Positions 45,736 to 55,103 of a DNA stretch of 64,000 nt are shown in pieces (the first letter of the stretch is position 1; every line of letters starts with the position of its first letter). The notes under the pieces are model-generated. The model worked only from the letters and a program-made list of their open reading frames with translations, was not told the origin of the DNA and made no database searches. The position numbers were made by a program, and so were the translations under genes. Origin of the DNA: a virus; IMG/VR virus record IMGVR_UViG_3300002920_000061, positions 8,496-72,495 of that record, one strand, 5' to 3'.

Positions 45736-46326
45736 ATGTCTAAAGAGAAAGATAAGCAACAGTTAACAGCAGGACAACGACTTATAGGTTTAGAGCAGTC
45801 AGTAGCGACACTAGACCATGCGTTGTATAATCAGACTAAACAACTATCGATGATACGTGATGCTTTATCATTGCTTCATGAAAAAGTTAATGCAATGATT
45901 ACGCTTATGTCTCTTGGCCATACAGTTACGGACCAAGCTATCGATCAATTGATTGAGCAAAAACGCATCGAGGATATGAAAAAGAAAGTAGAGGATCTAG
46001 TTTCTGCAAGCTCTTTGGAAAGAGCAGAAGAGGTTTCTGAAAAATCTTTTCTAGTAGTTCGAGAGATGAATGGTGAAACTGGAACGGTGATTAACCCACG
46101 CCTTCAGTTTGCAGTGAGCATACTCAATCAAGAATCTATACAAAAACTAATCGGTAAAAAAGTCGGCGACTCAGTCAAGTTTGTAGAGGATAACCCCGCT
46201 ATCATAGAAATTGAAGAAATCTACAATGTAGTGTTACAGGGTGCTGAAGAAGAAAAAGTGGCCGAACAAAATGAAAATTCAACCACTCAAGAACAAGCTA
46301 AAGAAAAAGAACAAATTACTCAATAA
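45736..46326 (+). CDS. Coiled-coil protein with FKBP/GreA-C-like domain
   Basis: QKLIGKKVGDSVKF motif after a long N-terminal coiled coil. Confidence 0.5.
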   Translation: MSKEKDKQQLTAGQRLIGLEQSVATLDHALYNQTKQLSMIRDALSLLHEKVNAMITLMSLGHTVTDQAIDQLIEQKRIEDMKKKVEDLVSASSLERAEEVSEKSFLVVREMNGETGTVINPRLQFAVSILNQESIQKLIGKKVGDSVKFVEDNPAIIEIEEIYNVVLQGAEEEKVAEQNENSTTQEQAKEKEQITQ

Positions 46327-46341
46327 CAATATGGGTGCAAT

Positions 46342-47931
46342 ATGTCTACAGTGGTGAGTCGAAAGGATCAGATTGCATTGACATATGCAAGGCTTACAAA
46401 AAAGCTTAATAAATATCCTTCACGATCTGACCTCCTAAAAGAAGTAGGTATATCTAGAGATATGATTAGGGACCATTTTGGCAATATGGAAGCCCTAAGA
46501 CAATATGCTAAAAAATTAAGTCCTAAGAATTTTGAGAACATCATCTCACCTGAGACCTACTCTTCTGAAGTGTTCTTTGACCTAAAAGAACAGACCAAGA
46601 AGTATAAGAGGTTTGTGGTTACGACTGCTGTAGCTGGTGCACCAGTTCATGAGAATTTCTTAAAATCTTTAAAAGGGTACTGCTCTATTAACAAAGCTAT
46701 GTTGCTGGTTATTCCAGCAAACTACGCCATTTACGAGATAGACCCAAATCTTGTTGCAGATCCAGATGTCCACATCGTATTTAAGCCATTAAAGCTTAAC
46801 TCCAATATCCATATTGACCCTATCAAAATCGACCCTAAACAAGTAGATCCCGTTGTCGGACTTGACGCCCTTGGCAAGACAGAAGGAACTGTTTTAATAG
46901 GTAGTCCAAAACAACGACGTGTGCCAGTGGCCAATTCAAACACCAAGCTTGCAAGGATTATCCAGTCCACAGGAGCGATTACACGTGCTCGCTATATTCC
47001 TTCTGATAGAATTCCAAAACGTCGAGATAGATTAGCAGAAGCCCACCACAAAATGGGAGCTGTTGTTGTTGAGATCGTCAATGACACGCTTTATCATTTC
47101 AGAGTTGTCCAGATGTGTAAAGACGGTTCTTTTAACGATCTATTTTATAAGTACACCCCAAACGGAAAGAAATCCTTTATTGGATGCGAAGCTATCGTCC
47201 AAGGAGATTTTCATGTTACAGAAACTGATCCTTTGGTTGATAAGGCTGTTGATGAGATGTGCGCTATTGGCAAACCGACTTACAGAATTTTCCATGACTT
47301 TTTTAGTGGTGTGTCTATCAACCATCATGAGATTCACAATAAAGTTTTACGTGCTCGTCTTGCAAGAGAGAATAAGATCAGCTTAGAAGCAGAAATGAAA
47401 GCTGCCGCAGAAGCTATTAATTCAAAAAAGAAGCTTAAAACAGCAAAAAAGCTTGTTTTTTCAAAGTCCAATCATGATGAATTTCTTGATCGTTATTTGG
47501 CAGAAGGCAATTTTGATGACCATAACCGTATATTTTCTACCAAGCTTCAGGTTTTGGCTATGGAGGGCAAAGATCCTCTAAAGGCTGGACTTGAGATGAT
47601 GGGAGTAAAGTTCGAATCAGATATCATATGGCTTGAGAGAGATCAGGACTTTAGAGTAGCTGGTATAGAGCTTGGGGCGCATGGGGATCTTGGAGCAAAT
47701 GGGAAAAGAAACCCGGGTGCAAAAGGTATGTATAAGGCTTATGGAAAAGTGATATACGGTCACTGTCATTATGGTGAGATGTGGCACGAAGCATGGTCTG
47801 TTGGAACCTCTACATACAGAAAACTATCTTATAACAGAGGGGCCAGCTCTTGGGATAACTCTCAAGCGATTGTTTACTCTGATGGCACTAGGCAGTTGAT
47901 AAATGTAATTGAGGGTAAGTGGAGATTGTAA
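46342..47931 (+). CDS. T5 A1-like metallophosphoesterase-fold protein with N-terminal HTH
   Basis: FVVTTA..STGAIT..HHKMGAVVVE..GDFH..HDFF..NHH..SNHD..HGD.G.NG..GHCH..SSW. Confidence 0.6.
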   Translation: MSTVVSRKDQIALTYARLTKKLNKYPSRSDLLKEVGISRDMIRDHFGNMEALRQYAKKLSPKNFENIISPETYSSEVFFDLKEQTKKYKRFVVTTAVAGAPVHENFLKSLKGYCSINKAMLLVIPANYAIYEIDPNLVADPDVHIVFKPLKLNSNIHIDPIKIDPKQVDPVVGLDALGKTEGTVLIGSPKQRRVPVANSNTKLARIIQSTGAITRARYIPSDRIPKRRDRLAEAHHKMGAVVVEIVNDTLYHFRVVQMCKDGSFNDLFYKYTPNGKKSFIGCEAIVQGDFHVTETDPLVDKAVDEMCAIGKPTYRIFHDFFSGVSINHHEIHNKVLRARLARENKISLEAEMKAAAEAINSKKKLKTAKKLVFSKSNHDEFLDRYLAEGNFDDHNRIFSTKLQVLAMEGKDPLKAGLEMMGVKFESDIIWLERDQDFRVAGIELGAHGDLGANGKRNPGAKGMYKAYGKVIYGHCHYGEMWHEAWSVGTSTYRKLSYNRGASSWDNSQAIVYSDGTRQLINVIEGKWRL

Positions 47932-47932
47932 G

Positions 47933-48310
47933 GTGTCTTCCATAGAAGATAGCATAGCAGATATTGAAAAGAGTATCGAGCAGCTACGTAAGAGCTTAGA
48001 AGAGACTGTTAAATTTAAAACAAAATTGGAACTCAATAAATCAGATTTGCTTCATTTTATGAAGATGGCCGAACAGAACATGAAATATTTAAAAAAGAGG
48101 AATACTATTGTGATAGTATCTGAATATCAGAAAGTTGTTAAGTCTCATGCTTCCGCAGTAAGGCAGATTGAAGATCTTGAACAACAGATATTTGATATAG
48201 AGCAAGCTATTAATAAGCTTACGAAAAACCTGACTGAACAAGTTGATTTACTTGAGTCACTCAAAAAAGCAGCAGAGCCAAAAGTTTTACAGTTTAACAG
48301 GAGATCCTAG
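47933..48310 (+). CDS. Coiled-coil hypothetical protein
   Basis: GTG start behind GGAG. Confidence 0.65.
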   Translation: MSSIEDSIADIEKSIEQLRKSLEETVKFKTKLELNKSDLLHFMKMAEQNMKYLKKRNTIVIVSEYQKVVKSHASAVRQIEDLEQQIFDIEQAINKLTKNLTEQVDLLESLKKAAEPKVLQFNRRS

Positions 48311-48540
48311 TGAACAATAAAGACAAGCTTAAAGAGCTAATACTTACAGACCCTGATTTTATATATAGTCCTAAGTATGGCAATTCTTTAGAGAAGTTTA
48401 TGTATCGACACGATGAAGGTGTTGAGTCTTCTCACGCTGCCAAAGTCCTTCTAATGGAAGAGAAGGAGGTTGAGGAGATTTATCAGGAAGCTATAGCCAA
48501 TTTGAAAGCTATGATGGGGGCAGACGAGGATGCAAACTAA
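48310..48540 (+). CDS. Stand-alone sigma region-4.2-like HTH protein
   Basis: EGVESSHAAKVLLMEEKEVEEIYQEAIANLK aligns without gaps to the hydrophobic pattern of sigma70 [31 protein letters not shown]. Confidence 0.5.
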   Translation: MNNKDKLKELILTDPDFIYSPKYGNSLEKFMYRHDEGVESSHAAKVLLMEEKEVEEIYQEAIANLKAMMGADEDAN

Positions 48541-49153
48541 ATACATAGCCTTTGATTTTGAAACAGGCGGTCTTGACCCAGCAAAAAACCCTATACTTAC
48601 AGGATATTTTGCAGCACTTGACCAAAATTTAAATGTAATTGGTGATCTTGAGCTTAAGATTAAACCAGAAGAGCCTTTCTCAATCCTTGATAAGGGGGCA
48701 ATGGAGGTTAATGGTATTAACATAGAGGAGCATCTGGCTGACCCAAAAACACTTAGCAGAGTAGAGGCTGGGGCTAAACTACTAGCCTTCCTTAAGGAAT
48801 TTAGAGGCAAGCAAAAAGCTAAACCTCGCCCTTTGGGACATAATGTAGTGTTTGATGTGGAGTTTACACGCCAACTAATTCCTCAGGCTGAATGGGAAGC
48901 AAATGTACACTATGGTGTGATTTGTACCTCAATTATGACAAACGTACTTAAGGAAGTTGGTATGCTTCCAGAGTCATTAGGAAATCTAAGTAGTCTTGTA
49001 AAGTATTTTGGCGTCCAAGAAAGAAAAGCGCATACTGCTAAAGACGATGTCTTGATGATGATCGATGTTTATGCTAAAATGATCCAGATGTTGAAAGCAA
49101 ACACTGAAGGCGGTGGACTTTCAGTAGATGTTCTTTCAATGCTGGAGAAATAG
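48530..49153 (+). CDS. DEDDh 3'-5' exonuclease (DnaQ/epsilon-like)
   Basis: AFDFETGG, GHNVVFD, AHTAKDD. Confidence 0.9.
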   Translation: MQTKYIAFDFETGGLDPAKNPILTGYFAALDQNLNVIGDLELKIKPEEPFSILDKGAMEVNGINIEEHLADPKTLSRVEAGAKLLAFLKEFRGKQKAKPRPLGHNVVFDVEFTRQLIPQAEWEANVHYGVICTSIMTNVLKEVGMLPESLGNLSSLVKYFGVQERKAHTAKDDVLMMIDVYAKMIQMLKANTEGGGLSVDVLSMLEK

Positions 49154-49154
49154 C

Positions 49155-52100
49155 ATGAAATTCAGAGTAAGTCCCCATACACACCCAGAGTCGCCAATCT
49201 CTGGTTCTACGGTAGAATCTATGATAGATCAAGCTGTAAAGCTTGGTAGAACTCATTTTGCCTATACAGACCCTGCTTACATGACAAGTCTTTTTAGAGC
49301 TTATGAGTATAGTAAAAAGTACGATGGTAAACTAGACAAAAATGGGAACCCAGTACCCAAACTAGGGTTTATCCCGGGTCTTGAAATCTTTTTTAAAGAT
49401 AAAAACTGCGATATTATAAAAAATACAAAAGCCGAAAAAGCCTCATACTTTAAACTCACTATATACGCACAAGATCAGAAACAGTTTCAGAAGTTGTCTG
49501 AGCTTTCTTCAAAAGAGCGAAATACTCAGATCACGCACTATGGCGAAACGTATCCAGCTTGGGATTGGGACGATTTAAAAGAGTGTGCCGATGCGGGTCT
49601 TGTGGCGTGTTCTAGTGACGTTCACGACATGGTGGCAAAACATTTGGTGACTGGTACGCCAAAGCTGGGAGAGAAGGTTTTATTAAAGTTGAAGTCTATA
49701 TTTGGGGATAACTTCTATATTACCTTGGTAGGTAATGAGGTCACTCATACTTGGGTAAACCTAATCGAATTCAAACTTGCAAACGGCAAGAAAGATGTTA
49801 TTTTCTCAAACTCTCGTGTATCAACTAACGCAGCACACTTTGCCCAAGCAAAAGAGCTTGTATTGAACCCAAACAAGCACCACATTTTAAAATCATATCA
49901 AAGAAATTATGCATTAATAAGTTTTCCTGAGCCCGGGGTTAAAATCCTTGATGCAAAAGCCCATAATGGGTTTTTTAGGTTTCCAGAGGGAGATCTTCAG
50001 TTAAGAGCTAATAAATTTTTATATGCACTAGCAAAAAAGCATGGGATTAGAGTCTTATACTCAGACTATGCTTTTTATAGTACACCTGAAGATAAGGCTG
50101 TTCAAGATGTTAGGCTATCTCAAGACGACATCAAAGAGCACACCAAAAGACATATGCAAACTTCTGAAGAGGCAGTGTCACATCTGAAAAAGATTGGTAT
50201 TTCAGATGAAGAAATATTGAAAATTTTGTTAGAAAACGATGAGTGGGCAAAGCGTTTTGATAACTTTAGCCTAAAGTTTGAATATAGATTACCAGAAGTT
50301 CCAAAAGGCAAAACTCCACTTGAGGCTTGTCTTGATATAATAAAAAACACAGGACGCCTACCAAACGACCCTGTCTACTTTGAGCGTTTACAATATGAGA
50401 TCTCTGTTATAGCAAAGAACGGAAAGATTGATTTAACCCCTTATTTTCTACCCATCAGAGATGTGTTTGACTTTTATGAGAAGTCAGGAAGGCTAACTGG
50501 CCCCGGGCGTGGTTCTGCTGGTGGTTCATTGTTTTTATATCTAATGGGGATAACACACATTGACCCTATTAAGTATAAGCTCAGTTTTGAGCGTTTTCTT
50601 TCTATAAACCGTATCCTTAATGGTGATATGCCTGACGTGGATGTTGACCTAGTTGATAGGGAGCCTTTAGTAGGTCCTGATGGGCGTTCTGGCTACCTTT
50701 ATGGACGATGGGGAGATAAGGCCGCTCAAATATCTACACGCATCCAGTTAAGGCTTAAGAGCGCAATACGTGACGTCAATAAATACCTTAATAACGGAAC
50801 AATAGATCCAGAAATTGAGAAGCTATCCAAGGCTCTTCCTCCTCCTCCACAAGGAGTTTCAGATAAGGACTTCGCCTTTGGTTTTGAAGACTCTGATGGC
50901 AACCATATCCCGGGACTTATCGAGGTTAACCCTGATCTTCAAAGGTATGCAGCTGAGCGACCTAAGGAGTGGGAACTTGTCCAGAGATGCTTAGGTATTA
51001 GCCGACAAAACTCAAAACACGCCTCAGCATTTGTTATAGCTGATGTTCCTATTAAATCTATAGTCCCAATTTTTATGGGCAATATAACTCAGTATGAAGC
51101 TAAAAGTGTTGAAAAATGTAAGTTAATTAAATACGATTTTCTTGTCGTAAACCAGCTAAAAGATATTGAAAGCTGTATAAACAGAATTAATAAAAAGCAT
51201 GGTTCGAAGCTTAAGACTGGTCACTTCATGCATAAAGGTAAAGACATTTATATCTGGGATTTGCCTGAAGAGCAAGAGGTGTTTCAATCAATATGGGAAG
51301 GCGATACTCAAACGCTTTTCCAGATAAACACCCAGTCTATGGTGCCATTTGTGATGAAGATTAAGCCGAAATCAATAGTAGATCTAGCTATTATATTGGC
51401 CCTTGTACGTCCGGGCCCTCTTGATTTTGTAGACCCAGACACTGGTCTTACGATGGCAGATGAGTACATTGAGCGTCGTAATGGTCGTGGTACTATAAAA
51501 ATTCCTGAGCTTGTTGATTTACTTCCTGAAACCTATGGAGTTCAATGTATAGCAGAAGGATCGCTTGTAAAAACCGATGAAGGTTTAATTCCTATTGAAA
51601 AAGTAAAAGTAGGGCAAAAAGTACAGACAGAAAATGGGAAGTGGCACAAGGTTTTAAAAGTTATAGATCAAGGACACAAGGCGACTTACCGTATCTGCAC
51701 TGACCATGGACAAGACTTAATAGCTACTGAAGACCATAAGGTTTTAACAAAATTTGGATGGAAAGAAGTTAAAGATTTAACAAACAATGATCTAATAAAA
51801 GCTTTTTGGCTTAATGATGAACCGTTATCAGAGGGAGATGAAAAAGATTATTTTATAGGCATTCTATTAGCTATATTAGATAAAGAAAACCCAGTAGGGG
51901 AAGACTACTGCTACACAATAAAATGGCCATCATACATATCTAAGAAAATGATTCTTGGCTTTATTGATAATAAAGGAGGCCATAAAAACAGAACTATCAA
52001 AACGGCCAATAAAGACCTAGCCACTGGACTCCTAGTAGGACTTCATAGAATGAAAATAAAAAGCTATATGACTGAAGACGAGCATGGTGTGTATAGGGTT

Positions 52101-53465
52101 AGCTGGTCTATTGACTTAACACCAACCAGAATAGCCATTAATGATGGCTTTGATACTACTTCACAATGGGCAAAAGTTATTAAAGTAGAAAAAGAAAATA
52201 ATAACCAAAAAGTGTGGGACTTATCTATTGAAGAAGTTCACAGTTTTGTAGTGGGCGGACTTGTTGTCCACAATTGCTTTCAAGAACAGACAACACTTGT
52301 AGCTAAAGAGATTGGTAAGATGAAACCAACTGATGCAGAAGAGCTTCGTCGTATATTTTCTAAAAAGCAAAAAGCAAAAGCTCTTGCAATGAAGCCGCTA
52401 TTTATGGAAGGTGCTGTTAAGACTGTTGGTCAGGAAAAAGCAGAGATGATATGGTCGCAGATGGAAACATCATCACGGTACTCATTTAACTTATCCCATG
52501 CTTCTGCATATGCCATGATTACATATGCTTGTATGTATCTTAGATATCACTACCCCATGGAATGGTGGGCGTCTGTTCTAACAAACGCAGATGAAAGTGA
52601 GATATCTACAACACTTTTTAAACACGTCCGTGATAAGGTTGTTCCTCCTGACATCAACACACCATCTAACGAGATGGAGATTGATTACGAACAGAACAAA
52701 ATCAGGGCAAAAATGACCATGCTTAAAGGTCTTGGAGAGGCCGTAGCAGAGCCTATTGTAAAAGGTGCCCCATATAGCGATATTAAAGACTTTGTCAGAA
52801 AAAAAGTAGCAGGACCCTCTCTTACACGCAGACTTATCCATGTTGGTGTTATGGACAGTCTATTTCCCAAGGGGGCTTCTCTGCTTGAGAAGATGCAAAT
52901 ATACGAAGATGCTGTTTTAGAGGTGGCCTATGAAGAAAGGATCGCATCTGGAAAGAAAGCAAAAGCACCAGTTAAGGGTAAGGTTGACCCCCAATACTTA
53001 TCCATGGGACCTCTTCAAGATTTCAAAGCAAAAAAGATGATTCTGCCCACTTTGCCTATGAATCTGTCTGAGCTTGTAGTAAAATTTTCACCCATTATGA
53101 ACGAGGGCACACTAGAAAGACCTATGTTTGCTGATGATAAGGGGCGAGCCCAGCCCATGCTCACAGGTGACCAGTTTGATGAAGTAGAGAAAAGAGCTCC
53201 TTTTGAACGCCCTATGTCTTTTTGTGTGCCTGCCTATATTGTTGATATGAAAGAGTTTAACTTCAATAAAAACGAAAAGAAAGCTCTTAAAATGACTGTG
53301 GATATAGACGGTAGAATTTCAGAACGAGTCATGTGGCCTGTTTGGGGAGAAAACGTAGTAGTTTACCCCAAAGAACTGAAAAAACACTCGATAGTCCTTT
53401 TGTTTATGGTACTTAAAGAAGGCCGAACTGAAGTAAAAATCTATAGTATAAAAATTTTATCTTGA
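49155..53465 (+). CDS. dnaE: DNA polymerase III alpha subunit (C-family) containing an intein
   Basis: PHP HTH..S, GPGRGSAGGSL, FERF, MPDVDVD, KHASA, KYDFL, RPGPL, TYG|FQEQ, YSFNLSHA.AY, OB fold. Confidence 0.95.
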   Translation: MKFRVSPHTHPESPISGSTVESMIDQAVKLGRTHFAYTDPAYMTSLFRAYEYSKKYDGKLDKNGNPVPKLGFIPGLEIFFKDKNCDIIKNTKAEKASYFKLTIYAQDQKQFQKLSELSSKERNTQITHYGETYPAWDWDDLKECADAGLVACSSDVHDMVAKHLVTGTPKLGEKVLLKLKSIFGDNFYITLVGNEVTHTWVNLIEFKLANGKKDVIFSNSRVSTNAAHFAQAKELVLNPNKHHILKSYQRNYALISFPEPGVKILDAKAHNGFFRFPEGDLQLRANKFLYALAKKHGIRVLYSDYAFYSTPEDKAVQDVRLSQDDIKEHTKRHMQTSEEAVSHLKKIGISDEEILKILLENDEWAKRFDNFSLKFEYRLPEVPKGKTPLEACLDIIKNTGRLPNDPVYFERLQYEISVIAKNGKIDLTPYFLPIRDVFDFYEKSGRLTGPGRGSAGGSLFLYLMGITHIDPIKYKLSFERFLSINRILNGDMPDVDVDLVDREPLVGPDGRSGYLYGRWGDKAAQISTRIQLRLKSAIRDVNKYLNNGTIDPEIEKLSKALPPPPQGVSDKDFAFGFEDSDGNHIPGLIEVNPDLQRYAAERPKEWELVQRCLGISRQNSKHASAFVIADVPIKSIVPIFMGNITQYEAKSVEKCKLIKYDFLVVNQLKDIESCINRINKKHGSKLKTGHFMHKGKDIYIWDLPEEQEVFQSIWEGDTQTLFQINTQSMVPFVMKIKPKSIVDLAIILALVRPGPLDFVDPDTGLTMADEYIERRNGRGTIKIPELVDLLPETYGVQCIAEGSLVKTDEGLIPIEKVKVGQKVQTENGKWHKVLKVIDQGHKATYRICTDHGQDLIATEDHKVLTKFGWKEVKDLTNNDLIKAFWLNDEPLSEGDEKDYFIGILLAILDKENPVGEDYCYTIKWPSYISKKMILGFIDNKGGHKNRTIKTANKDLATGLLVGLHRMKIKSYMTEDEHGVYRVSWSIDLTPTRIAINDGFDTTSQWAKVIKVEKENNNQKVWDLSIEEVHSFVVGGLVVHNCFQEQTTLVAKEIGKMKPTDAEELRRIFSKKQKAKALAMKPLFMEGAVKTVGQEKAEMIWSQMETSSRYSFNLSHASAYAMITYACMYLRYHYPMEWWASVLTNADESEISTTLFKHVRDKVVPPDINTPSNEMEIDYEQNKIRAKMTMLKGLGEAVAEPIVKGAPYSDIKDFVRKKVAGPSLTRRLIHVGVMDSLFPKGASLLEKMQIYEDAVLEVAYEERIASGKKAKAPVKGKVDPQYLSMGPLQDFKAKKMILPTLPMNLSELVVKFSPIMNEGTLERPMFADDKGRAQPMLTGDQFDEVEKRAPFERPMSFCVPAYIVDMKEFNFNKNEKKALKMTVDIDGRISERVMWPVWGENVVVYPKELKKHSIVLLFMVLKEGRTEVKIYSIKILS
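51546..52274 (+). mobile_element. Intein (243 aa) with a degenerate LAGLIDADG remnant
   Basis: N-junction YGVQ|CIAEGSLV, block B ATEDHKV, C-junction VVHN|CFQEQ; eroded blocks YFIGILLAILD, ILGFIDNKG, TANKDLA. Confidence 0.92.
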
Positions 53466-53490
53466 CACACGTTATATTTTGCATTACGAT
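53462..53490 (+). promoter_or_regulatory. Consensus sigma70 promoter TTGACA-17-TACGAT
   Basis: Exact spacing; GTG start 6 nt downstream. Confidence 0.75.
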
Positions 53491-53496
53491 GGCGAT

Positions 53497-54252
53497 GTGG
53501 TTAAATGTTTATGTTTAATATTATTATCTATAATTGGCTGGTCAAAACCAATTAGAATTGCGGTTATTGACACTGGGTATAGCAACACCACATCAAGTAA
53601 AGATGTGAATCTTTGCCCAGATGGTCATGCAGATATGATAGAGGAGAAACTATATTTAAAACAACCTCCAACTGACTCTATGCCTAACAAGCATGGGACT
53701 AACGTAGCTTTTTTAATTGATAATCAGTTAGGTCAGGAATATAAAGAAGATTATTGTTTAGTAATCATTCGCTATTATGATGGAAAAGAAAATACAAATT
53801 ACTTACGTAAGTCAAACAAGGCTATAGCATACGCCATATCTATTGGTGTTGATTTTATCAACTACAGTGGCGGAGGAACCAATGAAATAGAGAGCGAAAC
53901 AAAGCTAGTGAAGAAAGCACTTGATAAAGGAATAGTTTTTGTAGCCGCAGCAGGAAACCAAGGAAAAAATTTAGATAACCACACATTTTACCCAGCCATG
54001 TCTGATCCTCGTGTTATTGTTGTAGGTAATATAAATAAAAACGGTAAGCGTGTAAGCTCTTCAAATTACGGCAAGGTGGTTGATATTTGGGAAGTAGGCT
54101 ATGAGGTAAGTGCTGGCGGTGTAACCATGACAGGTACAAGTCAGTCAACGGCTATAGCAACTGGTCGATTAGTGAAACTAAAGATTGAACAAAGACTTAA
54201 AAATATAAACAGGCGCAGGGCAAGAACTACTGTTTATGATGAGGAAGAATAA
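53497..54252 (+). CDS. Subtilisin-like (S8) serine protease with signal peptide and no propeptide
   Basis: MVKCLCLILLSIIGWS signal; AVIDTG, HGTNVA, AAAGN, GTSQS. Confidence 0.85.
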   Translation: MVKCLCLILLSIIGWSKPIRIAVIDTGYSNTTSSKDVNLCPDGHADMIEEKLYLKQPPTDSMPNKHGTNVAFLIDNQLGQEYKEDYCLVIIRYYDGKENTNYLRKSNKAIAYAISIGVDFINYSGGGTNEIESETKLVKKALDKGIVFVAAAGNQGKNLDNHTFYPAMSDPRVIVVGNINKNGKRVSSSNYGKVVDIWEVGYEVSAGGVTMTGTSQSTAIATGRLVKLKIEQRLKNINRRRARTTVYDEEE

Positions 54253-54260
54253 TGTGGGGT

Positions 54261-54303
54261 TTTAACAGTTTTCTTGTAAACTATGCAAATATTTTGATAT
54301 TAT
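54261..54303 (+). promoter_or_regulatory. Promoter TTGTAA-18-TATTAT (duplicate of 38538-38567)
   Basis: 29/30 identity over the upstream and -35 block; TG extended -10. Confidence 0.75.
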
Positions 54304-54321
54304 AGTCAAAATGGAGGAACC

Positions 54322-55074
54322 ATGCTCAAACTTATAGAAGAAATTAAAAGACAACGACAATTTGCTGAGGACACACTCGAAGACGCCACACCACAGACAA
54401 TAAAAGCTCGAAAAAGTAGAAAGCTAAACGCTCAAATGCGTTTAAAAGAACTCTTTTTTGAATACCGACAAGCCATAAGATCAAAAGTTTTTGCTATAAT
54501 TGTTATAGGATCTGAAACTGATGAGTTTGAAAGAATTGCATCATCAATATCAGGTCTTCAAGGTCTTGATGCAGACGCTTTTTATGAAGAGTTGGTATCC
54601 AAGATGGATGAGCGACTTTTCACACAAAAAGAACAAAATGCCTACTTAATCCAGATCGCTTCTAGGTATCTGGAAGATATAGCCCGTGATATAGGAGTGA
54701 TTTCATACCCACAAATAATATATAAACAAAAATACGATGGTAGGACATCGACAAGACAAGAAGCTTTGAAGCTTATTAAGCGTGTTATAAACGAGCAGGT
54801 TGGTGCTGAAATGGCAGCTATTTTTTTAATTGACCAAGCTGTTCGTACTGCTTACGAACACGATATTGATGCAAAGGTTCACCCCTTGCTTATTAAAGTA
54901 AAAGATGATGGGGAATCTTTGCCGACTTTACTTTCTAGCTTAAAAACTCTTGGCAACAAGAGTATTGTTGTATCAGCAGGTAATTCGTCTGCCGACGCCG
55001 AGATGAAACTTGATGAGGTGAACGAAAAATCTGTGCTTGACATTTTAAAGAAAATCAAGAAAAAATTAAAATAA
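54322..55074 (+). CDS. Hypothetical protein, possibly a degenerate NMP-kinase-like fold
   Basis: AIIVIGSET..LDADAFY resembles an eroded P-loop; no GKS/T. Confidence 0.4.
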   Translation: MLKLIEEIKRQRQFAEDTLEDATPQTIKARKSRKLNAQMRLKELFFEYRQAIRSKVFAIIVIGSETDEFERIASSISGLQGLDADAFYEELVSKMDERLFTQKEQNAYLIQIASRYLEDIARDIGVISYPQIIYKQKYDGRTSTRQEALKLIKRVINEQVGAEMAAIFLIDQAVRTAYEHDIDAKVHPLLIKVKDDGESLPTLLSSLKTLGNKSIVVSAGNSSADAEMKLDEVNEKSVLDILKKIKKKLK

Positions 55075-55103
55075 GTCTTAAAACATAAAAGGAGGTAAGA
55101 CAA

